The notes beneath the pieces are model-generated. The model was not told the origin of the DNA. It saw nothing but the letters and a program-made list of their open reading frames with translations, and did no database searches. From Spirochaetales bacterium (GTDB lineage Bacteria > Spirochaetota > Spirochaetia > JABEVK01): 64,000 nucleotides of DNA. Both the position numbers and the translations under genes were made by a program. Below, in pieces: positions 18,952 through 26,362 of the stretch. The DNA lies in assembly GCA_037142615.1 (NCBI GenBank), contig JBAXAI010000002.1, positions 168,436 to 232,435 on the forward strand. Reading direction: 5' to 3'. The number at the start of each line of letters is the position of its first letter. The first letter of the stretch is position 1.

Positions 18952-20660
18952 ACTGGCTCGAGGTGAACCTTGCGGTGCTGGAAGGCCGCTTTTCGGGCAT
19001 AAGCAAGGAAATCCTGAGTCAAATCGCACCCATCGAACGGCCTGAGTTTCTCGACGCGAAGTCGGGCGCACGGACGGCACGCTGGAAGGGGCTCACGTGG
19101 GCGAGCACCTTTGATCCGGCGGCCGAAGCCCGCAAGACCCTGCCTGTCCTGACGGCCGAAACCGACTTTGCCGTGGTCGGTGGGTTCGGCATGGGCTACT
19201 GGGCCGAAGCCCTTCGCGAAGAGCATCCGGACTTGCCAGTCGTTGTTGCCGAGCCGGATCCATGGTGGTTGGGGCAGGTTCTTGCGCAACGCGACCTGCG
19301 GTCGTTGTTGGCAGACCCGTTCGTCAGTTTCGTTCTCGGTGGTTCACCGCAGCAAATTGGTGACTACCTGGGGCGCTTCGTGTGCCGCAACATTGCTTGG
19401 CTGCCCCACCGCCCGACCTTCGCCCTGCATTCGGTGTGGATGAACGGACTCGAAGCAGCGCTGGCCGATTTTCAGGCTCTCAGCCGGGTCAACCGGGCTA
19501 CGCTGGACCGTTTCGCCGGGCTGTGGTTGCGCAACTTCGCCCGGAATGAGGCCCTGTGGGACTCCCCGCTCAGCGCACCGATTGCCGTCGGACGCTTGGC
19601 CGGCCTGGCCCCCGGCTCACGGGTGGTGATCGCCGCTGCCGGGCCCTCGCTGGGTGGCAGTTTGGACTGGCTGAAGCGGCACCGAAGCCAAGTGCTTCTG
19701 ATAGCAGTAGATACGAGCTGGAACACCTTGAAGCAGGCGGGTCTTGTCCCGGATTTTGTTGTGATTATGGACGGCCAATACTGGAACGCCCGCCATGTCG
19801 ATCCGCCCGTGGAGGCGCCGACCCGCATTGTGTGCGAAGGCGTCAGTCACCCGTCAACGCTCCGCCTGGCCCCGGAGCGGACCTACGTCGCCGCTACCAG
19901 CGTCCCCCTGCTTCGCTCCCGCGAAGAACGTGTGTGGGGCGAACTGGGAACTCTCCGGTCCGGAGGCTCGGTAGCCACCACGGCCTGGTCGTTGGCGCTT
20001 CTCTTGGGCGCCACGGAAGTCGTCTTTTGCGGCCTCGATCTTGGTTATCCCAAGGGCGGCAGCCACGTTCAGGGCAGTCAGTTTGAAGAGCGAAAGCACC
20101 GTTTGGCCCGACGACTTCAACCGGCCGAAACCTGGGGCCACTCGTGGCTGGGCGAGCCCGGGTTGGTCCAGCGTCTTGCCACCACCGGGGGGCAGATCCT
20201 TTCGGACCCAAGGATGGACCTCTACCGCTCCTGGTTGGCCCTCTCGGTCGCAGAACATCCCGAGGTGACCGCCTGGAACCTGAGCCCCATCGGTTCACGA
20301 GTGCCTGGCCTGAGTACACCCCCAGCCCGTCTTGGCGAAGATTGGCCTCAACAACCAGTTCCCCGCTGGCCAGAGGGACCTCGTCTGGTGAGCCGCAGCG
20401 AAGTTCCCGACGCGACCAGCCTCCCACTACCGCTGGCGTTCCCCGCCGAAATGGGGCGCGCCTGGGTTGAGGCTTGGGAACTCAGGGGGCAGCGCTTGTG
20501 GGGACAAGGCTGGGAACTCGTGGCCGGACCTGCTCTTCGGACCTGGAAGCTGTTTCCGTCAGCACGGAGCCTTCGAGCGCTTCGGGAAAGCTGGGACCTC
20601 GAGCAAACGCTGGAAAGTCAGATTTTCCGTTCAAGTCCTGCGGGGGCCGTCCGATCATGA
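18948..20660 (+). CDS. Maf/DUF115 (MAF_flag10, MptE-like) protein, third paralog
   Basis: AAAGPSL, IAVDTS...L...G..PDFVV..DGQYWN, SGGSVAT, GLDLGYP...H. ATGA overlap with ftsI. Confidence 0.8.
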   Translation: MNWLEVNLAVLEGRFSGISKEILSQIAPIERPEFLDAKSGARTARWKGLTWASTFDPAAEARKTLPVLTAETDFAVVGGFGMGYWAEALREEHPDLPVVVAEPDPWWLGQVLAQRDLRSLLADPFVSFVLGGSPQQIGDYLGRFVCRNIAWLPHRPTFALHSVWMNGLEAALADFQALSRVNRATLDRFAGLWLRNFARNEALWDSPLSAPIAVGRLAGLAPGSRVVIAAAGPSLGGSLDWLKRHRSQVLLIAVDTSWNTLKQAGLVPDFVVIMDGQYWNARHVDPPVEAPTRIVCEGVSHPSTLRLAPERTYVAATSVPLLRSREERVWGELGTLRSGGSVATTAWSLALLLGATEVVFCGLDLGYPKGGSHVQGSQFEERKHRLARRLQPAETWGHSWLGEPGLVQRLATTGGQILSDPRMDLYRSWLALSVAEHPEVTAWNLSPIGSRVPGLSTPPARLGEDWPQQPVPRWPEGPRLVSRSEVPDATSLPLPLAFPAEMGRAWVEAWELRGQRLWGQGWELVAGPALRTWKLFPSARSLRALRESWDLEQTLESQIFRSSPAGAVRS

Positions 20661-20749
20661 AAGGGAGCTCAAAAAGCCACTAAAGCGGTATGCCGTCGAC
20701 GTCCAGAGGCATACCGTTTTTTTATGCTCGGCTGGGCAGAAACTTCAGG

Positions 20750-21167
20750 CTACAATTCAAAACTCAAGACGCGGTTATTGAGCTCATCACCGACAACCAG
20801 CCTCGTATCGTCGAGGTACACCCCCCCACTGCCGCTGCTCAGGGTCGTGGACGAGGTGCCGCTTGCGGTGCTCGCGAAATCCGCCTGCCCGAGGACTAGG
20901 TCGGCCGCCTGGCCGGTTGTGTGCCCTGAGGGCGGTCACCGAGGTTCCCGCAGGAAGGCTCACGGCGATCGTCGTCGTACTCTCTGAAACCGTACCGGTT
21001 GCAGAGACAGTCAAGGCGCTGTTGAGGGCAGCCGAGAAGCCGAACGCGGTGATCTGTTTCATGGACGAGAGGCCCGTCTGGGGTCCCAGACCCAGAAACT
21101 GACAGCCGAGGAGCAGAGCCGTTAACAGAACGAGTGAAGAGGCCTTCAGAAAGGTGACTAATTTCAT
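20750..21167 (-). pseudogene. Internally deleted lipoprotein gene: Ig-like (DUF5018-type) N-terminus joined out of frame to an NHL-repeat C-terminus
   Basis: Lipobox LLGC, then SS.K.ITAF.F...GT.....IAV.LP.GT.VTAL. After about 20925 another frame reads GQAADLVLGQADF...RLVVGDELNNRVL and stops at 20750. Confidence 0.7.
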
Positions 21168-21339
21168 AATAATACTCTCCTAAGCTGAGAGTTCACCCAC
21201 CCACTAATCTTGTCAAGAATTATCTCCAAAATGTTAATAATAGCCAAAAGCTCCAGTCTGGAAGTCGGCAAGGGTGCGATTTCCCACGCCGGGACTTTCC
21301 CGCTTGGCCAGCACGGCGTTTGTGCGCTATCTGTAATCC

Positions 21340-21846
21340 ATGAACATCCTGTTTGTCTGTACCGGTAACATCTGCCGGTCCCCCCTCGCGGAAGTGATCT
21401 TTCGCGAGCTGGTGCGCAACGAAGGGCTGGAAGCAGAAATCCTGGTCGACTCGGCGGGCACGGAAGGCTACCACGAGGGAGACCCGGCCGACGAAAGGTC
21501 GCGACGCACGGCGCGGAGCCGGGGCCTGGAAATTACTCACCGGTCCCGGGAAATCCGAGCGACAGATTTCACCAAGTTTGACCGGATCATCGCCATGGAC
21601 TCCCACAACCTGAGAGACCTGCAGCGTCTGGCCCGGGGTGAGCGGGAACGGCGGAAGATCAGCCTGCTCAGAGATTTCGACCCCAGCGGTCCCGGCGACG
21701 TGCCTGATCCTTACTACGGGTCGCTCGACGACTTCGAAATGGTGTGGCATATGTGCGAGCGGTCGGCGCCCCGTCTGCTGGACTACCTGAAGGCCTTCGG
21801 CCTGGAAGCGTTCGAGGAGCCTACGGGCCGTCTCACGGGCCGGTAA
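21340..21846 (+). CDS. Low-molecular-weight protein-tyrosine phosphatase
   Basis: FVCTGNICRS P-loop and DPYYG. Confidence 0.95.
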   Translation: MNILFVCTGNICRSPLAEVIFRELVRNEGLEAEILVDSAGTEGYHEGDPADERSRRTARSRGLEITHRSREIRATDFTKFDRIIAMDSHNLRDLQRLARGERERRKISLLRDFDPSGPGDVPDPYYGSLDDFEMVWHMCERSAPRLLDYLKAFGLEAFEEPTGRLTGR

Positions 21847-22555
21847 GGCCGCCGAAGCCGAGCGCAGCGATCCCCAGGGCCAGGCTGCACGCGGTTTCGG
21901 TCCGCAAGACCGAGGTGCCCAGCGAGGCGGAACTCCAGCCAGCAGTCTCGAAGCTGAGTTGCTCGCGGTCGCTCCAGCCCCTCTCGGGCCCGATGGCCAA
22001 CCACAGGGGTCCGTTCTGAGTCAGTACCGGGTGCGAGGTCCACGGGGCCGCCTGTTCCCGGAAGCATACCCGCCGGCCCGAAGAAATCAGGCTCAAGGCG
22101 GTGGACAGCCGTTGGTGTCGTTCAACCTGCGGCAAGCGGGTTCCCCGGTTCTGGGCCGCACCCTCCTTGAGCGCGTTTCGCCACTCGCCCTTCCACAAGG
22201 TACTCTGAAGGTAGGACTTATCACCCAGGTCGGTGGCGACAAAGTGCAGTTCGCAGGCGCCTAGAGTCGTCAGGTCTTTGAGAAGCCGCCGGGCGGTAGG
22301 AGGTCGCGGAGTGCCGATGAGCAACCGGATCTCCAGGAGGGCGGGCGGCTCAAGGGTGAACTCCTGTTCGCCGACTGCCAGGCCGGAGGCTCCCACCGAC
22401 AAAAGGGCGGCGGTCCCCTTGCGCCCTTCCACCTCACCGGCCACAAAACGGTCTCCCGGAACCAGTTTCAGAATCTCGAGCAGATGCAGGGCTCGTGGGT
22501 CGCGGCGGTCCAGGGTTCCCGGCAGTTCGCCGGGTTCGAATAGCACCAGGTTCAT
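21833..22555 (-). CDS. rsmE: 16S rRNA m3U1498 methyltransferase
   Basis: H...IL N-terminus, IGPERGWS and LG..VLRTETA SPOUT motifs. Confidence 0.9.
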   Translation of the reverse strand: MNLVLFEPGELPGTLDRRDPRALHLLEILKLVPGDRFVAGEVEGRKGTAALLSVGASGLAVGEQEFTLEPPALLEIRLLIGTPRPPTARRLLKDLTTLGACELHFVATDLGDKSYLQSTLWKGEWRNALKEGAAQNRGTRLPQVERHQRLSTALSLISSGRRVCFREQAAPWTSHPVLTQNGPLWLAIGPERGWSDREQLSFETAGWSSASLGTSVLRTETACSLALGIAALGFGGLTGP

Positions 22556-22600
22556 GGATTTTTCCCTTGCGATAGTGTATTGTCGCTGTCGGGGGTACCC

Positions 22601-22900
22601 ATGCCATTGAAAGGATACCAGCGGGGCTATTTAACCCGGAAAGCGCACCCGTTGCAACCGGTTGTGCAGATCGGAAAGAACGGCCTCACCGCAGAAGTCA
22701 CCAAGGCCATCGACAAGGCACTGGATGACCACGAGCTCATCAAGGTGAAGTTCGTCCAGTTTCAGGACGAACGCGTGGAAATGGCCCGCGGCCTTGCCGA
22801 AACTCTCGAAACGACCCTTGTTCGGGTTGTGGGCAACATTGCCATTTATTACCGTCACCAACCAGACCCCCAGAAGCGGGTGGTCCACCTGCCGAAGTGA
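22601..22900 (+). CDS. yhbY: YhbY/CRM RNA-binding protein
   Basis: AH.L.PVVQIGKNG and L..HELIKVK motifs. Confidence 0.9.
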   Translation: MPLKGYQRGYLTRKAHPLQPVVQIGKNGLTAEVTKAIDKALDDHELIKVKFVQFQDERVEMARGLAETLETTLVRVVGNIAIYYRHQPDPQKRVVHLPK

Positions 22901-22913
22901 TCGCGGAGGCCGC

Positions 22914-24437
22914 ATGACCCTATTCCAAGTGAGGGCCGTTTGCGCCCTGTTTGTTGTGTTTGTCGCGGGAACGCTGAGCGCCCAAAACCTTGCCGAGGAT
23001 GTGCTCAAGGGCAAGGAAATCCAAGGCATCGAGTTCAAGAGCTATGTAGGACCCCACAAGGTCATTGAAAGTCGGCTCGCCATCCAGGGCATCGGCACCG
23101 AGTTGGGAACGCAGCTCAAGGCGGGCGGCACGGCGGCCGACTATGGCGGTAAGTATCGTCTCACGCGGTTGGTCGATCCCGCTTCCGCTCTGCTGAGCGC
23201 TGATCTGTTTGTGCTGGACGCGACGGCGGGTGTGGATCACATCCGCAACCTCAACTGGATCCTTTCGGCCTATTTGCAACAGGCGTTCGGCTACGCCCTG
23301 GCGGATGCCGACCTGCTGGCCGACTTCATCACCCGCTACAACGCCTTCTACCGGGGCAAGACCGATTACTTTCCTCAGTACTACTCGCCCTTGATCACGG
23401 CCGCCTTGGTCCCGCCGGAATCGGCCGGGCTGGCCCTGGACTACCGCGACTGGCCGGGAAAAACGCGCATGCTGATTCCGCTGCGCAGCAGCCTCTCCAA
23501 GGGAGTTGCCGGCAGCGTGAACACCGAGGAGATCTCCAACAAGGCCATCGTCACCGATATGGGCACTGATCAGGCCGCCATCGATGCCCGCAAAAAGCTC
23601 GCCGACCTCAAGGAAGGTGAAATTGTGCAGGAGCAGAAGGCCATCGCCCAAAAAGAAGCCACGCAGACGGCTGCGACGGGAGGCCAAACTCCCAAGACGA
23701 ACTCTTCTGACCCTCAGACAAGTGCAGCGACCTCCGGAACTGGAACCTCAGCCGGAACCACGCCCCCCAACGCGGTCACCAGCGGTGCGGCGGCTTCAAC
23801 GGCAGCGGCCACCGATCTCGGCGCGGCCAAGGCTGCCGTGGCCCAGCGCGACCAGGCCCTGCAGGCCGAGCGAAAGGACATTGTTGCCGCCGACCAAAAG
23901 AAAGTTGACACGCCCGTGGCGGTTGTAGCACCCGTGAAACCGCTGGTGCTGACGCCGGTCGTGCTGGTTAACGAATCCACCAAACTCGGCCAGGTGGTGC
24001 TTGTTGACCCGGCGGCCAACAAACTCTGGAAGAAATCAGACCTGAACTCCGTCCGTGCGGCGAGGGTGCAGGTGTTCGGGGATGGCCTGCTGGTGACAGC
24101 CGGTGACACCAAGGGGGTCAACGGGGCCGTCCGTCTGGTCTTGCTGAATAAGGATGACGCCACGGTGGTGCTGACGGGAACCGATGACGTCTCGCCCGAC
24201 GCGCCGGTCTTGGTCAATGGGAATCAGATCCTCACGCTGACCAAGGGAGACAAGGGCTCGTGGGTGCTCGGCCTGTTCGACGCCAAACTCAAAACAACCG
24301 CCAAGGGAACCGACGGCCTGGCGGCTTCCACGGCCATCACAGTGGGCCCCTCCGGTATCTTTGTGCAGGGGACGGGCGGCAAACTGATGCTACTGGACGC
24401 GAAGACCCTGATCAAGAAGAGCGACACGGAGGGATAA
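22914..24437 (+). CDS. P83/100 family spirochaete protein
   Basis: Signal peptide, IEF..Y.GP, A.VDHIRNL..IL..YL...FGY, YNA.YRG, GLAL.Y..WPGKT...IP. Confidence 0.8.
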   Translation: MTLFQVRAVCALFVVFVAGTLSAQNLAEDVLKGKEIQGIEFKSYVGPHKVIESRLAIQGIGTELGTQLKAGGTAADYGGKYRLTRLVDPASALLSADLFVLDATAGVDHIRNLNWILSAYLQQAFGYALADADLLADFITRYNAFYRGKTDYFPQYYSPLITAALVPPESAGLALDYRDWPGKTRMLIPLRSSLSKGVAGSVNTEEISNKAIVTDMGTDQAAIDARKKLADLKEGEIVQEQKAIAQKEATQTAATGGQTPKTNSSDPQTSAATSGTGTSAGTTPPNAVTSGAAASTAAATDLGAAKAAVAQRDQALQAERKDIVAADQKKVDTPVAVVAPVKPLVLTPVVLVNESTKLGQVVLVDPAANKLWKKSDLNSVRAARVQVFGDGLLVTAGDTKGVNGAVRLVLLNKDDATVVLTGTDDVSPDAPVLVNGNQILTLTKGDKGSWVLGLFDAKLKTTAKGTDGLAASTAITVGPSGIFVQGTGGKLMLLDAKTLIKKSDTEG

Positions 24438-26012
24438 ATGGCGAGAGGACCGTTCTTTGGCCGCAGCGTCTCGGTCGTCGAGGACCTCTCCCTCGACGAA
24501 CAGTTCTACCTCTATTCCAAGACGGCCGAGATCAAGAAGGCCCTGCTTGCGGGCAAGGACCTTTCGGCGTACCGGCTGGGCGACAAGGACCTTTCGGTCT
24601 ACCTGATCTTTCTGGAAGACAGCACACGCACCAAAGAATCCTTCCGCAACGCGGCCCTGTTCCACCAGGCCACCGTCAGTGATTTCGACGCGGCCCACTC
24701 GTCGGTGAACAAGAAAGAAAGCCTGACCGACACCCTGAAGATGCTGGTGGGCTACAGCCGCCGTTCGATCTTTGTCATCCGCAGCTCGGTCGAAGGGGTG
24801 TGCCGTGCCCTCGAGACCACCATCGGCGACTACTGCCGGCGGTCAGGTATCGAAGCTCCGAGCTTCATCAACGCGGGCGACGGACGCCATGAGCATCCTT
24901 CCCAAGAGTTTCTCGACGAGTTCACCTTTCTCGAACACTTGAACTGGTCGCGCGAACGAATCCACCTTGCGCTCACCGGCGACCTCTACTTCGGCCGCAC
25001 CGTGCATTCCAAGGCAGACGGACTGAAGATCTTCCGCGAGGTCCGTGTCGATCTGATCGCCCCAAAGGAACTCGGTCTGCCTGAGTTCTACCTGCAAAAG
25101 ATGACCGAAGCCGGGTTCGAGATCCGGGTTTTTCCCAGCATCGACGCCTATCTGGCTCAGCCCGACATCGCCGGCTTGTGGTACTTCACCCGGCTCCAGT
25201 TGGAGCGCATGGGCGAGGATGTGCGTGATCGCGTCGAGCAGTTGAAGCAGGCGGTCACCGTGCGCCCGGACCACCTCGACAAGCTGCCTTCGGGCACTCG
25301 GTTCTACCATCCTCTTCCTCAGAATCGCACGGCGCCGACGATTCCCGACTTCGTCACGCCGTTGGCGCTCAACGGTTGGGACGAACAGTCCCGAAATGGG
25401 TACTTCACGCGAATTACCCTCATTGGCCTGCTCTCGGGAGCGCTGGGCCAGGACTACGCTGGTTTGCTGAGCCGGCCTGAGGAACCCACCGACGACTTTG
25501 TCCGCGAGGTCGAGGTGAGCGGGCACAGGAAGGCTGGCGAACCCAAGACGGGAATCAAGCCCGTCGACAACGGAATCGTCATCGATCACATCGGAACCGG
25601 GCGAACGGTCGAGCAGGTTTGGAAATTGCTCGACAAGATTCGCCGCAACCTTCAGCTCAACTACCTCTCGAGCCAAGGTGTCTTCTCGTCCAACAAGTCT
25701 GACGTCGTGAAGGGGCTCATCTCAATTCCGGACCTTCCCGACTTGGGCTTCAAGAAGATCAAGAAGCTTGCGGCGCTCAGTCCCGGTTGCAGCCTCAACA
25801 TCGTGCGAGCCAGTCAAGTGATCCGCAAGTATCGGCTTCACATGCCACCGCGCATCTACAATTTTGCCGAGATCAGTTGCCGCAACCCCCAATGCATCAG
25901 CCACCCCGACCAGCACGAAGGGATCAATGCGGAGTTTCTGCGCCGGGGCGATGGGTTTGTGTGCAAGTATTGCGAGAGGTTGCACACTTACGACGACATC
26001 TGGACAGATTAG
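24438..26012 (+). CDS. pyrBI: Fused aspartate carbamoyltransferase catalytic/regulatory subunit
   Basis: EDSTRT, NAGDG.HEHP.Q, TRLQ.ER, HPLP. C-terminal PyrI region (I..GIVIDHI; C.NP.CIS...C.YCE). Confidence 0.92.
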   Translation: MARGPFFGRSVSVVEDLSLDEQFYLYSKTAEIKKALLAGKDLSAYRLGDKDLSVYLIFLEDSTRTKESFRNAALFHQATVSDFDAAHSSVNKKESLTDTLKMLVGYSRRSIFVIRSSVEGVCRALETTIGDYCRRSGIEAPSFINAGDGRHEHPSQEFLDEFTFLEHLNWSRERIHLALTGDLYFGRTVHSKADGLKIFREVRVDLIAPKELGLPEFYLQKMTEAGFEIRVFPSIDAYLAQPDIAGLWYFTRLQLERMGEDVRDRVEQLKQAVTVRPDHLDKLPSGTRFYHPLPQNRTAPTIPDFVTPLALNGWDEQSRNGYFTRITLIGLLSGALGQDYAGLLSRPEEPTDDFVREVEVSGHRKAGEPKTGIKPVDNGIVIDHIGTGRTVEQVWKLLDKIRRNLQLNYLSSQGVFSSNKSDVVKGLISIPDLPDLGFKKIKKLAALSPGCSLNIVRASQVIRKYRLHMPPRIYNFAEISCRNPQCISHPDQHEGINAEFLRRGDGFVCKYCERLHTYDDIWTD

Positions 26013-26020
26013 GGTAGGTC

Positions 26021-26156
26021 GGCCGGTTGGGGCCGCGACCTCGCGGGTCTGGCGGCGCCTCCTCCTTGCTGTGTCAGTCGAGTAGCTTCCGCTACACTCC
26101 TTCCTCGCTTCGTCGTCGGCTTGCCAGCCCCACGATTTCGCTGGCCCGAACCGGCC
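26021..26156. repeat. Long imperfect palindrome (REP/MITE-like)
   Basis: GGCCGGTTGGGGCC at 26021 pairs imperfectly with GGCCCGAACCGGCC ending at 26156. Internal arms TGGCGGCGCC/GGCTTGCCA and GTAGC/GCTAC. Confidence 0.6.
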
Positions 26157-26195
26157 GACAGATTCGGCAATCGGCATTTATCGCGCGGTGGGCCC

Positions 26196-26362
26196 GCAGA
26201 AGGCCTACTGGTGCCATCGGCTTCGCCTTGGCCGGTTGGGGCCGCAGAAGGCCTACTGGTGCCGTCGGCTTCGCCTCGGCCGGTTGGGGCCGCAGTAGGC
26301 GCACTGGTGCCGTCGGCTTCGCCTCGGCAAGGGGGCTACTGGTGCATCGGCTTCGCTTTGGC
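26196..26362. repeat. 48-bp tandem repeat, about 3.5 degenerate copies, each with a GGC-TTC-GCC hairpin
   Basis: Units start at 26196, 26244 and 26292, with a partial fourth copy. Consensus GCAGAAGGCCTACTGGTGCCRTCGGCTTCGCCTYGGCCGGTTGGGGCC. Confidence 0.85.

Noticed and set aside
20787-21167. Intact 126-aa lipoprotein as given in the ORF track
   Set aside because: The last roughly 45 residues are out-of-frame sequence. The alternative frame carries the NHL-like motif, so it is treated as a pseudogene.
26196-26362. 48-bp periodic repeats as a CRISPR array
   Set aside because: The units are contiguous near-identical copies with no unique spacers, and no cas genes are in the window.
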